The notes: generated by a model from the sequence alone, not told the origin. A stretch of DNA of 64,000 bases from Polyangiaceae bacterium (GCA_044376115.1 JBILLK010000003.1:224001-288000); one strand, 5' to 3'. Counted from the first letter of the stretch, positions 19,254-28,975 are shown. Numbers and translations: made by a program.

Positions 19254-19517
19254 TCATTCCTTCTCGCAGGTATCACCTTGCTTGCTGCAACGAAGGTCCT
19301 TCTTGCACACGTCGGAGCGCGCACAATCACTGGAAGAACCGACGATGCAACCGCTCACGGTGAAGTCCCAGGTACACTTGCCGTTGGTTCGGCACTTTTG
19401 TGAGGCCTCGCACTCGGCTTGATTTTTTGGCGCAGCCTCACCGACGCAGGCGGCGGCGAGGCCCGTAAAAACGACTAGCCCAGCGAAACGCCGAGCTGCT
19501 TGCGCAATCTTGAACAT
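19254..19517 (-). CDS. Small Cys-rich lipoprotein
   Basis: Lipobox LAAAC, then two C..S..C....C.....C units; start overlaps the upstream gene by 43 nt. Confidence 0.7.
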   Translation of the reverse strand: MFKIAQAARRFAGLVVFTGLAAACVGEAAPKNQAECEASQKCRTNGKCTWDFTVSGCIVGSSSDCARSDVCKKDLRCSKQGDTCEKE

Positions 19518-20935
19518 CGATCCCCCGTCATAAACACGATCAAGTCGTCGATCTTGAGGTCGCGGTCGGACTCGGCCTCGAGCAGCTTCGCTGCGCCTTC
19601 GAGATCATTGGCTAGCAGCAGTCCGGCGCGATTCGCCGTGAGCTCGGCGGCGTGAGCCCAACGCACCAAGTTTGTCCGGCCACCTTCCTCGACGAAGCGA
19701 ATGAAGTGCCCACGCAGCCGGTCCAAGTGCGCCGGTTCGAGCATCGGCACTATCGCTTTGGCGATGGGTTCGGCTCGCTGTCGTACCGCGGCCGCCAAAG
19801 GCAAATGCGGCTGACCGATCGAGAGCGCGGCGAGGAAGATGTCCTCCAGATCGGGGATGTTCGGAAACAGCAGCTTGACGAAGTGCTCTTCGCGCAACGA
19901 AGCCAGCATGCGACCTGCGATGAACGCCAGCTGGCTCGGCGAGCGACCCGAGAGCGATCCGCGTCCGAGCCGTACGACCGGCGGGATGCCGGGCACCATC
20001 TCGCAGGAACCAGCCCACTCCCCGTCGGCGTACAACGCAGGCGCGGTCATGCCCAAGATCGAGGCGGCCCAGCCGAAGGAGCGCACCGCCGAAACGGTGC
20101 TGGTGCGAGGGTCTTGTAGCTTCGCCGGGTCGAGCTTCGGTAGGGCGTTTTGGTGACGCAAGGCGGTTACTCGCCCGAGCAATACGGGGCTCGTCACGAC
20201 CGCGAAGATGTCCCCGGTGAGGACCTCTTCATCCGGGTGGAACAGGTTGCGGCGCCAGCCGTCGGAGCTCAACGACGCGGACGGCCTCAGCATGGCCTTG
20301 GGATCATGACGAAGGTACAGTTCCTGCTCCTTCGCGTTGGCAACGCCCAAGAAGCTGAGCACCTGCGCGACACGCACCGCGCGATCCGGATCGCTCGACT
20401 CGGTGGCCTTGAAGAGCGCGTGCAGACTCTCGACATCGCGCGGGTCGTGGCGGATACGGCGATGAATATCGTCGGGCGAATCCGGCGGAATGTCGCGGTG
20501 GCCGAGGTCCGAGAAATCGACTTCAACGGCCACCTGCGAGCGCGCCTGTTCGAGCTCGGCGCGCAGCATCTCGTTTTCGGCCTCGAGCTCGGCGATGCGC
20601 TTGCGCAGCCCTCGAACCTGCGGGTCATTCTCGGCCTCGAGCGGCCGCAGCGAGGGCGCGACTTCCTCTCCCGTGGTTTGCACGACCTGGATGGCGATGC
20701 GATGCCGACCTTCCCACGCGGCCGTCAGCGCTCGTTCCAGCGCGAAGACGCGGTCGCGGTCCAAGCCGAAGGCGGTGGCAGCCTTCTCTAGCCGTGCGCG
20801 CTCCTCTGCGGTGATCACGCCGTCCTCGAGCGCCTCCGCGAAAAGCTCCTCGTAGTGCGCCTCGAACTTACCGAGCCGAACGTTGCCGGAGAGTTCACCT
20901 TGCTCAAAGCCTTGGCCAACCTCGAAGTCTTGCAT
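19475..20935 (-). CDS. Hypothetical protein: DGxIT helical module, coiled coil, TPR-like helix and M48-like domain lacking HExxH
   Basis: ALEDGVITAEERARL; heptad region; QLAFIAGRMLA and AELTANRAGLL. Confidence 0.75.
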   Translation of the reverse strand: MQDFEVGQGFEQGELSGNVRLGKFEAHYEELFAEALEDGVITAEERARLEKAATAFGLDRDRVFALERALTAAWEGRHRIAIQVVQTTGEEVAPSLRPLEAENDPQVRGLRKRIAELEAENEMLRAELEQARSQVAVEVDFSDLGHRDIPPDSPDDIHRRIRHDPRDVESLHALFKATESSDPDRAVRVAQVLSFLGVANAKEQELYLRHDPKAMLRPSASLSSDGWRRNLFHPDEEVLTGDIFAVVTSPVLLGRVTALRHQNALPKLDPAKLQDPRTSTVSAVRSFGWAASILGMTAPALYADGEWAGSCEMVPGIPPVVRLGRGSLSGRSPSQLAFIAGRMLASLREEHFVKLLFPNIPDLEDIFLAALSIGQPHLPLAAAVRQRAEPIAKAIVPMLEPAHLDRLRGHFIRFVEEGGRTNLVRWAHAAELTANRAGLLLANDLEGAAKLLEAESDRDLKIDDLIVFMTGDRCSRLRKQLGVSLG

Positions 20936-21073
20936 TCCTAACCCACCCTCTCGCAGTACCGAGAGCGCGAAGGTACCCCCGCCGCCGTTGATCGTCGAGC
21001 GGGCTCATCAGGCAAGGGAAAGGTCGTCTTTCGAAGCGGCCCCACCGTCTCGACGCGCTAAGCTGGACCCACG

Positions 21074-21760
21074 ATGAAGCTCCGGTATTTGACGTTTTCG
21101 TTGTTCTCGTTGCTCACCGCCTGTGGCGACGGCGGGTCGCCCAAGAAGGATCCTTCGCCTGCTGCCTCAGCGACCACCACCTCCGCGGCCTCGGGAGACG
21201 CGAAGCCCGCTACCGCGCAGACGAGCGCGCCAGTGACCACGGCCGAGGCAACGGCAAGCTCCACCACCGAGCCAGTCGCTTCTGCGTCGGCCACGGCCGA
21301 GCCGACGAAGACCGGTGATGCCGTTGCTCAAAAGAGCGCCGCCCCTTCGGCGACAGCTACCGCAACGGCTACTGCTACCGCCGTGGCAAGCGCGCCCGAC
21401 GTCAAAGGTGAGGAGAAGAAACAGGCAGCTTTCAGCGCCTATTTGAGTGGAGCCGGCAAGTACGCTGCAGGCTCTCCGGGCAACGTCACTGCGGTGTTGA
21501 ACGCGCTCGGCGAGTACCACGTCAACCCCGACTACCCGATCAAGTTCACGCTCGGTGCAGCTCCTGCAGGTGTTTCCTACGGGGAAACGGTGCTGCGCAA
21601 CGCAACGAAGGGCGACAAGCGCGCCTCGATCAGCATTCCGTTCACGCCGTCTGCCGCTGGCTCCTACACAATCAGCGGCGTTTTCAGCATTGGCGTGTGT
21701 GTCGCCTCGAGCTGCACCAATGAGAAGGTGCCGTTGTCGGTGACCGTCAAGGTCGAGTAG
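21074..21760 (+). CDS. Lipoprotein with S/T/A-rich linker and DsbD-N-like Ig-fold domain
   Basis: Lipobox LTAC; YHVN..YP and C-x4-C (GVCVASSC) near the C-terminus. Confidence 0.7.
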   Translation: MKLRYLTFSLFSLLTACGDGGSPKKDPSPAASATTTSAASGDAKPATAQTSAPVTTAEATASSTTEPVASASATAEPTKTGDAVAQKSAAPSATATATATATAVASAPDVKGEEKKQAAFSAYLSGAGKYAAGSPGNVTAVLNALGEYHVNPDYPIKFTLGAAPAGVSYGETVLRNATKGDKRASISIPFTPSAAGSYTISGVFSIGVCVASSCTNEKVPLSVTVKVE

Positions 21761-21777
21761 CGCTCTGACGCAGAGCG
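21761..21777 (+). terminator. Short hairpin immediately after stop codon
   Basis: CGCTCTG-ACG-CAGAGCG. Confidence 0.35.
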
Positions 21778-21822
21778 GCGCTGCTTGACGCGCGGCAGGT
21801 TTCTCAAGAAAGAGGGCGGGCC

Positions 21823-23433
21823 ATGTTGACCCGCCTCGCGTGCTTTCGAGCCGCTCCGTTTTTGCTGTTGGCTTGTTCGACCCCCGAACCGCTGACGATC
21901 AAGCCGCCTACGTTGGTTGAGGCCGGAGATATTTGGTCGGCCAAACCAGCCGTGGAGCCTGTTGCGGAAGCAGCGCCGACGGCTGATCCGGCACCGTCAG
22001 TGCAACCCGAGCCGGAGCCCGTCGCTGAGGAACCACCGTGGGCCTTCGATCAGAAGGGTGACCGTATCGGCAGCATCAGCTTCCGCACCTGGATCTGGTC
22101 CGAGCCGATGCGCAGCCGGGACCATCTTGCGATCGGCTCGCTGCGCGTGGGTACCTCGGTCAAGTTGAAGTCGAAGGATCCTGTTCCCGGTCAGGGCTGC
22201 AACAACAAGTGGTACGCGATCGAGCCGCACGGCTTCATTTGCTCCGACGTAACCACGACCTTGAAGTTCGATTCGCCCTACTGGAAGGCGCTCGCGATGC
22301 TGCGTCCCGGTAAGGGCGCTTATCCGTACCAGTACGCCTTCTCGATGGGCGCGCCGATGTACTCGCGCATTCCGACGCCTGCCGAGCAAGCCTCCGCTGA
22401 GCGAGAGATGGGTAAGACCAACCGCTTCTACTCGCTCGGTAAATGGAGCGAAGGTCACGAGCGGCTCGTTACCACCAAAGAAGAAGAGGGCTTCAAAGCG
22501 GACGGCAAAGGCATTCCGGAGTTCTACGACGGTACCAAAGGGATCGAGGGCAGCCCGTGGAATCCGGTGATGCCGAAGGTGAAGGTCATCCCTGCTGGAA
22601 GTGGCTTCGCCTACGCACGCGCCTTCGAGGCTGAAGGACGTTTGTGGTTGCTCACCCCGGATCTGTTCTTGATACCGGCCGATCGCGTGTGGCCGTACAA
22701 GACCTCGGACTTCAAGGGCGTGGAGCTCGACGACGAACACACGTTGCCGCTCGCTTGGGTCAAGCCGGTCGCTGGCAAGGAGAAGCTACGCAAAGAAGGC
22801 GAGCGATACGCTGCGGCTGAAGGTCGTTTTGACGGCCGTAAGCCGGTGTACCTAACCGGTTCCAATCAGCGCATCGGCAAGACGGTCTATTGGGAGACGA
22901 AAGACGGTGCGTTCATCGCCGACGACGATGATGTGACGGTGGTGCTCCCGCAGAAGGAGCTGAAGTTCAAAATCAAAGAGGACGAGCGCTGGCTGCAAGC
23001 CTCCATCCTCGGCGGGACGATGACCGCGTTCATCGGACTCAAGCCGGTCTACACCACCATGTGGTCCCCCGGTCTCGGTGGAGTTCCGGTGAAGGGCAAT
23101 AACCCCAAGAAGTTCGCCACGACCGAGCTCGGGATCTTCCCGATTCAGTGGAAGGACAAGGTGGAGCTGATGTCTCCTGATCCCGGCGCGCCCACGGTGT
23201 TCTGGTTCGCCGACGTGCCGTGGATTCAATACGTGCACCCGCCGATGGCGATGCATGTTTCCTATTGGCATGAAGACTTCGGTTACCCGATGAGCGCTGA
23301 ATGTCTCAACACCTCGGCTGCCGATGGGCAGTGGCTGTTCAACTTCACCTTGCCCAAGCTGCCCGAAGACTGGGGCAGCGTCGGGGCTGGTCGGCAAAAC
23401 GGTCCATCCACCAAGATCCACATCATTCCTTGA
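21823..23433 (+). CDS. L,D-transpeptidase (YkuD-family) lipoprotein with variant active-site motif
   Basis: Lipobox LLAC; T..G.F.I..K, VPWIQY, HVSYWHEDFG...SAECLN. Confidence 0.85.
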   Translation: MLTRLACFRAAPFLLLACSTPEPLTIKPPTLVEAGDIWSAKPAVEPVAEAAPTADPAPSVQPEPEPVAEEPPWAFDQKGDRIGSISFRTWIWSEPMRSRDHLAIGSLRVGTSVKLKSKDPVPGQGCNNKWYAIEPHGFICSDVTTTLKFDSPYWKALAMLRPGKGAYPYQYAFSMGAPMYSRIPTPAEQASAEREMGKTNRFYSLGKWSEGHERLVTTKEEEGFKADGKGIPEFYDGTKGIEGSPWNPVMPKVKVIPAGSGFAYARAFEAEGRLWLLTPDLFLIPADRVWPYKTSDFKGVELDDEHTLPLAWVKPVAGKEKLRKEGERYAAAEGRFDGRKPVYLTGSNQRIGKTVYWETKDGAFIADDDDVTVVLPQKELKFKIKEDERWLQASILGGTMTAFIGLKPVYTTMWSPGLGGVPVKGNNPKKFATTELGIFPIQWKDKVELMSPDPGAPTVFWFADVPWIQYVHPPMAMHVSYWHEDFGYPMSAECLNTSAADGQWLFNFTLPKLPEDWGSVGAGRQNGPSTKIHIIP

Positions 23434-24503
23434 AGCATCTACTTGCAGGTCTGGCCGTCGGGCTCTTGGCGTGCTCAGAAGCGAGCTCACCGTCAGCGAG
23501 CGCTATCCAGCCGTCGAACTCAACGGCCGTAGGCGTTGGCTCAACGGCTGTGGTGAGCGCGTCGAGTCCCGTCAGCGCGCCGACCGCCGTTGTCACGGCG
23601 GCCATCGCTGGCGTCTCCACCCCTGACGCCGCGCAGCGGACTCGACTCAAGGCCGACGTTGCGAAGATCGCGATCCGGCGAGCGCCGGGTTCGAGCGGTT
23701 GGAAGACGGTGCAGACGCTGATCAAAGAGCGACTTGTCGAACTCGGTTACTCCCCGCAGCTCGAGCCGTTCGAGCCCGGCGGCGTCAACGTTCTGGCCAG
23801 CAAGCTCGGCTCCAAGAGCCCACAAGAGATCGTGATTCTCTCGGCGCACTACGACCACTTGCAAGGCTGTGACGGCGCTGACGATAACGCCTCGGGGGTT
23901 GCCACTGTGCTGGAGGCAGCACGCTTCTTTCAAAGCAAAACGCTGGAGCGCACGGTGCTGTTGGCCTTTTGGGATCGCGAGGAGAGCGGGCTCGAAGGTT
24001 CCTTGTTTCACGCCAAGGCCGCCAAAGGACGCGGTGATCGCATCACCCAGATGATCTCGCTCGATGGCGTTGGCTTCGCGTCTTCGGCGCCGGGCTCGCA
24101 GCGCTTTCCACCGGGACTCGAGGCACTCCTGCCGGACATCCACGCGCGCGCAGCGAAGAACGACTTCAAAGCCGACTTCATCACCGCGATCGGCGATAGC
24201 GACTCTGCGGAAACCGTGAACAACATGGAGAAGTTCGGGACAGCGCTAAACCAACCGACCTACGGGCTCGCTCTCTCGGTGCTCAAGCGACTCGCGCTCA
24301 GCGACGCCGCTCGTTCGGATCACGCGAGCTTCTGGCTGCATGGTTATCCGGCGATCTTGGTGACGGATACGGCTGACTTTCGAAATCCCCGCTATCACTG
24401 CGGCAATGGCCCAGATTCAGCCGCGAGCCTCGACTACGAGTTCTTGAATCGGGTGACTTCGGTGGTGATTTCCGCAACGGATGCGGCGGCTTCGACGCGC
24501 TGA
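23430..24503 (+). CDS. M28 family metallopeptidase lipoprotein
   Basis: TTG 23430 overlaps the upstream TGA; lipobox LLAC; SAHYD, GADDNASG, REE.GL.GS, RSDHASF, YH. Confidence 0.88.
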   Translation: MKHLLAGLAVGLLACSEASSPSASAIQPSNSTAVGVGSTAVVSASSPVSAPTAVVTAAIAGVSTPDAAQRTRLKADVAKIAIRRAPGSSGWKTVQTLIKERLVELGYSPQLEPFEPGGVNVLASKLGSKSPQEIVILSAHYDHLQGCDGADDNASGVATVLEAARFFQSKTLERTVLLAFWDREESGLEGSLFHAKAAKGRGDRITQMISLDGVGFASSAPGSQRFPPGLEALLPDIHARAAKNDFKADFITAIGDSDSAETVNNMEKFGTALNQPTYGLALSVLKRLALSDAARSDHASFWLHGYPAILVTDTADFRNPRYHCGNGPDSAASLDYEFLNRVTSVVISATDAAASTR

Positions 24504-24557
24504 TCGTCGTCCAAGCGCTGCGCTCCCTTCGCAGGGTTCTTTCCCGTATCTGCGTCG

Positions 24558-26102
24558 ATGAGGGACAATCGCCGCAGGATGGAACTAGGCATTGATCTCG
24601 GGACGACACGCACGATCGTGGCCGTTCACGACCGGGGCAACTACCCGATCGTCGGGTTCACTTTGGCCAACGGGGACCTCTCGGAGCACTACCCCACCGC
24701 AACGGCTGAGGTTGGTGGGCAGTTGGTTCATGGGATAGACGCTGAGCAAGCCGAACGTGAAGGAGCACCTTGTTTGCGCTCCTGGAAGCGGCTGCTCTCC
24801 CATACCCGGCAGGACGAGCTGATTCGAATCGGCGAGATCGAAGTTGGGCCAGTCGAGTTGGTCACCAGCTTCTTGCTCGCGTTGAAGCAGGACCTGCTCA
24901 CGCGGTCGAACGTCTCCAAGCTGCTGAAGGAGCCGCTGACCGCCGTCATCAGCGTTCCGGCCAACGCACACTCCACCCAACGCTTCGTCACTTTGGACGC
25001 CTTTCGTCGGGCGGGTTTCACCGTGCGCGGCGTCGTGAACGAGCCCTCGGCCGCCGGCGTCGAGTATGCCCACCGTCACAAGAACACGCTGAACTCACGA
25101 CGTGAGCACGTCCTCGTCTACGACCTCGGCGGTGGCACCTTCGATGCGGCGCTCGTGTACATCGCGCCGGGCCACCACGACATCGTGATGACCACCGGAG
25201 TTGCAACGCTCGGTGGCGACGACTTCGACGCGCAGCTTTGCGCGATGGCGCTGGGCAAAGCCAACCGCGCATTTCCCGAATCCCCGCAGGCTCGCGCGGA
25301 TCTGTTGCGCGAGTGCCGCGCGGCGAAAGAGTCGCTCCACCCCAACACCAAGCGCTTGGTGCTAGATCTCGAGGCGCTGGGAGCAGACGCGCCCGAGGAG
25401 CCCGTGGTGATCCAGACCGCCGATTTCTACGAGCGAACCCGGCCTTTGGTCGAGACCACGTTGGAGGCGCTCGACGTGCTCGTGAACGCGCTCAAAGCCG
25501 ATGAGGACGCGAGCGGTGACGTCGCCGGCATCTACATGGTGGGCGGTGCCAGCGGGTTGCCGGTCGTTCCGCGCGTCGTGCGTGAGCGCTTCGGCCGTCG
25601 GGTGCACCGCTCACCGCATCCCGCCTCGGCTACGGCCATGGGCTGCGCGATCTTGGCCGCCTCGCGTGAAGAAGGGGACGAGCTGGTGCTCTCCGAGCGC
25701 TTCTCGCGACACTTCGGCGTCTTTCGCGAGGCCGACACAGGCACGCGCGCTGTCTTCGATCCGGTCTTTCAGAAAGGCACCCCGATGCCGCAACACGGTT
25801 CGGGGCCGCTGGTTGCGACGCGCCGCTACCGAGCGATGCACAACCTCGGGCATTTCCGTTTCGTCGAATCAGGCTACGTGGACGATGCAGGCGACCCGAC
25901 CGGCGACATCACGCCGCACGCGGAGATCCTGTTCCCTTTCGACCGCGATCTAGAGCCTGGGACGTTGCACGCCGTCGAAGTAGGCCGGTTGCACCGTGAG
26001 GGCCCGATGATCGAAGAGCGCTACGAGGTGGATGGAGCCGGCGTGGTCGCCGTCACGATCACGAATCTCGACGAAGGTCGGGGCGCGCGCTTCGTGCTTT
26101 GA
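24558..26102 (+). CDS. Atypical, short Hsp70-family protein
   Basis: GIDLGTT, NEPSAA, VYDLGGGTFD, LGGDDFD, VGGAS; divergent short C-terminus with no helical lid. Alternative start ATG 24579. Confidence 0.88.
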   Translation: MRDNRRRMELGIDLGTTRTIVAVHDRGNYPIVGFTLANGDLSEHYPTATAEVGGQLVHGIDAEQAEREGAPCLRSWKRLLSHTRQDELIRIGEIEVGPVELVTSFLLALKQDLLTRSNVSKLLKEPLTAVISVPANAHSTQRFVTLDAFRRAGFTVRGVVNEPSAAGVEYAHRHKNTLNSRREHVLVYDLGGGTFDAALVYIAPGHHDIVMTTGVATLGGDDFDAQLCAMALGKANRAFPESPQARADLLRECRAAKESLHPNTKRLVLDLEALGADAPEEPVVIQTADFYERTRPLVETTLEALDVLVNALKADEDASGDVAGIYMVGGASGLPVVPRVVRERFGRRVHRSPHPASATAMGCAILAASREEGDELVLSERFSRHFGVFREADTGTRAVFDPVFQKGTPMPQHGSGPLVATRRYRAMHNLGHFRFVESGYVDDAGDPTGDITPHAEILFPFDRDLEPGTLHAVEVGRLHREGPMIEERYEVDGAGVVAVTITNLDEGRGARFVL

Positions 26103-26982
26103 AGCCGAGCCTTGCGAAAAGGCGCTTCACCTCTTCATCACGCAGGAACGCCGGCAGACTTGCGATCATGATGGCCGAGAAGATCGGGATCACCATGGTG
26201 ATGTCGATGCTCAAGTGGAACACGAAGCCCCAGGCCAGCATCCACGGCCTGGCCTTTCGCCACCACACAGCGAACGGGAACAGGAACTCGTAGACCAGCG
26301 CTGAGTAGGTGAGAAACATCACCAGCTGCCGGGAATCCAAGTAGGTCGGCCATTCGGCGAAGACGGGCGAGGAGAGTACGTCGCGCATCGCCATCCCGTT
26401 TTGCCAACGCGCGTTGGTGATCTTGGCCATCGCTGAGTTGAGATAGACGTAGGCGATCTGCAGGCCTATCAGGCGTTGTCCCCAAACCGTCGCCGAAGGC
26501 AGCGAAACGCCCTTCCGCTCTGCGAGCCATGCATCGACGCTGAAGCGCAGTGAAAGCGGTGCGAAGGCCGAGAGCACCAGTTGGATCATGAACAGCCGGT
26601 CGCCGCTGTTCAGAATGAAGGGGTTGCGGAACTGGAAGGAGCAGTGAAGAAACGCCAGCAGCAGGCCAAAAAAGCGCGCGCGAAAGCCGAGGAAAAACGC
26701 GACGGCGCTGACCGTGAACAGGGTGGCAACGAACTCGAGCCACAATTGGCTCTCGGGTGCCCACGAGAGCGCTGTCAGCCAGAAGAATCGATCATTCGCC
26801 ACGAGCGCGTAGGGCACCATGCCGTGGGGCCCCCAAAACCGCTCGAGGTTGAGCCAAACTCCGATGGCCTCCCAGATCGCCAGCGCCCCCAGCGAGCCGC
26901 GTAAGAACGCTGCGGCTGTACCATCCACCGGTTCGGCGAAGAACCGCAGCAAGGCTGCGCGGACCCAGCGGAGCTGCTTCAT
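26059..26982 (-). CDS. HTTM-domain membrane protein (vitamin K-dependent carboxylase/SdpB-like)
   Basis: ATG 26982 (MKQLRW) overlaps the upstream TGA; RNPFILNSGD, Q...VYLNSAMAK...W.NG, FHL.I. Confidence 0.82.
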   Translation of the reverse strand: MKQLRWVRAALLRFFAEPVDGTAAAFLRGSLGALAIWEAIGVWLNLERFWGPHGMVPYALVANDRFFWLTALSWAPESQLWLEFVATLFTVSAVAFFLGFRARFFGLLLAFLHCSFQFRNPFILNSGDRLFMIQLVLSAFAPLSLRFSVDAWLAERKGVSLPSATVWGQRLIGLQIAYVYLNSAMAKITNARWQNGMAMRDVLSSPVFAEWPTYLDSRQLVMFLTYSALVYEFLFPFAVWWRKARPWMLAWGFVFHLSIDITMVIPIFSAIMIASLPAFLRDEEVKRLFARLGFKARSARPDLRRDS

Positions 26983-27617
26983 AGGTCGTTGCGTCCGGCT
27001 GGGACGAATCGCGGTAGGTCCGAGATCACACGCTCTTTGGGGCCAACGCAGGAACGGCGCAGGACCACCGACGAACTCGCGGCCTTGGTCTCTTTGCCGT
27101 CGTCGCCCAGCTCCTGGTGCTGTTGATGCACCACGCGAACAGACTGGAGCTTGAGGTTGCGCTGTTCGCCGAGCGCGCAAAAGTACGCAAGCATCGGCTG
27201 GCCGAGCCGGTTGCGATCAGCCTTCTCCGCCAGTTTGCCCTGCAGCTTGCGCATGCGCACGTCGCGCACACGCTCGAAGAAAGAGCGGTCTTGGGCGCGT
27301 GTGGTGGAGAGCACGACCCACTTTCGTTCCGCGGTCTCGCCCTCGATTACGACGTGCGTGGCGGTGGGCGGCTTGCCGAACATCCCCCATGAGTTGGTCA
27401 TGCGAAAGGCCTCTTCGTACGCACCGAAGAGATAGACGAAGTGGTCCTTGAACTCCTTGACCGCTCCACCGACCAAGACGGCGCTCAGGTGGAATAGGGT
27501 GAAGGCGGTCATGGCGGCGCGCTTCCGGCGCTCCCACTTCGGCAGTTTGGAGAAGGGCAGGGCCTCGGAATTGGGCCTGGAGGCCGCTGGTTCCGACCGA
27601 GTTTCCTGCTCCGGCAT
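26979..27617 (-). CDS. Membrane-anchored HTTM partner protein (DUF5819/SdpA-like)
   Basis: One N-terminal TM helix with FHL, SWGMFG motif, R.RK, two Cys; translationally coupled to the HTTM gene. Confidence 0.65.
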   Translation of the reverse strand: MPEQETRSEPAASRPNSEALPFSKLPKWERRKRAAMTAFTLFHLSAVLVGGAVKEFKDHFVYLFGAYEEAFRMTNSWGMFGKPPTATHVVIEGETAERKWVVLSTTRAQDRSFFERVRDVRMRKLQGKLAEKADRNRLGQPMLAYFCALGEQRNLKLQSVRVVHQQHQELGDDGKETKAASSSVVLRRSCVGPKERVISDLPRFVPAGRNDL

Positions 27618-27721
27618 TTTGCACGACTATCACGAGCCCGCCTGCGTTAAAAAGGTCCCGCAGCTCGGGGCTGTCCTTGCGGTCGCTTTCGCCGCGAGGG
27701 AATGGGAACTGAACGTCACTC

Positions 27722-28627
27722 ATGACTGCCGTGCTTTATTCTGGCGACGTCATCGCGGGGAGGTATCTCCTCCAAAGCGAGATTGGGAGGGGCGGCCATG
27801 GCGTGGTGTTTCGCGCTGAAGACACCGAGCTCCGGGTTCCGGTCGCCGTCAAGGTGCTCAACCGCGACATCGCCGAGCAAGACCAATACGTATTGCGGCT
27901 TTGGCGCGAGGCGCAGTCGCTAGCGGCGCTGTGGGGGACCAGCGTCGTCCAGGTGCATGAGTTCGACACCGACGAACGCGGCTTCGTCTACATGGTCATG
28001 GAGCTGCTCGAGGGGGAGCCGCTCGATACGCACCTGTTCGAGCTAGAGAGCTTCGGCGACAAAATGAACGCCGTGCGCGTCCTCTCGATCCTCGAGCCGG
28101 TGGCCCATGCGCTGGGCGTCGCGCATCAGAAGGGCATCATCCACCGCGACATCAAGCCGCCGAACATCTTCCTCGTGGATCCGGCCTTTGGTGGCGGCAC
28201 TCGCTTGATGGACTTCGGTCTCGCCAAGACGCAAGACTTCGAGGAGATCACCGACGCCGGGATGATCGCCGGCTCACCGAGCTACATCTCCCCTGAGATT
28301 TGGAAGAGCGCGCCCTTCGACCATCGCGCGGATCTGTACTCGTTTGGCGCCGTCGTCTTCCGCATGCTCGCGGGTCAGCCGCCGTTCGTGGCGCAGACCA
28401 CCTTGCAGCTGTATGAAACAGCCACCACCGCGCCGCGACCGCGGATTACAACGTTTCGACCGGAGCTCGCGCGCTCCCTCGATGAGTGGTTTGCCTATGC
28501 GCTCGCGATCGAAGCACGTCACCGTTTCTCGGACATGAATCAGATGTGGGCCGGCTTCTCAGAAGCCATGATGCAGAGTGACACACCCAGCTTGCGTGCT
28601 TATCGCAACGGCACGTTCCGCGGGTGA
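27722..28627 (+). CDS. Stand-alone Ser/Thr protein kinase
   Basis: GRGGHG, VAVK, HRDIKPPN, DFG, SPE, DLYSFG. Confidence 0.92.
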   Translation: MTAVLYSGDVIAGRYLLQSEIGRGGHGVVFRAEDTELRVPVAVKVLNRDIAEQDQYVLRLWREAQSLAALWGTSVVQVHEFDTDERGFVYMVMELLEGEPLDTHLFELESFGDKMNAVRVLSILEPVAHALGVAHQKGIIHRDIKPPNIFLVDPAFGGGTRLMDFGLAKTQDFEEITDAGMIAGSPSYISPEIWKSAPFDHRADLYSFGAVVFRMLAGQPPFVAQTTLQLYETATTAPRPRITTFRPELARSLDEWFAYALAIEARHRFSDMNQMWAGFSEAMMQSDTPSLRAYRNGTFRG

Positions 28628-28645
28628 GTCTGTAACGGAGGGGCT

Positions 28646-28975
28646 ATGTACATCGTTCGTTGGGAGTTTCAGATTCGGTTTGGTCACCAAAAGGAAGTCA
28701 TCCAGCTCCTGCGTCAGTGGGAGTTTGATGTTGGGCAGCGCGTGGGCTTCCGAGCCTCTTCGCTGCGTTTGTTGCAAGGGGCGGTCGGTGCAAGTCGCTC
28801 CTCGTTCGAGCTCGAGACCCATGTCGACAGCCTCGGGGACCTCGAGTCCGCGTGGGAAGACATGGCGAAGAACCCGGCGCACGCCGACACCATGAAGTCG
28901 CTCGAGCGGTTCGTGGTCGGTGGCACCGATACGTGGACGGTTCGTACCGTGCTGCCTCTGTTCGAAGGGGACTGA
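28646..28975 (+). CDS. Small NIPSNAP-like (dimeric alpha/beta barrel) protein
   Basis: GGAGGG RBS; 109 aa with MY.VR..F...FG and E....SL..LE..W pattern. Fold assignment tentative. Confidence 0.6.
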   Translation: MYIVRWEFQIRFGHQKEVIQLLRQWEFDVGQRVGFRASSLRLLQGAVGASRSSFELETHVDSLGDLESAWEDMAKNPAHADTMKSLERFVVGGTDTWTVRTVLPLFEGD

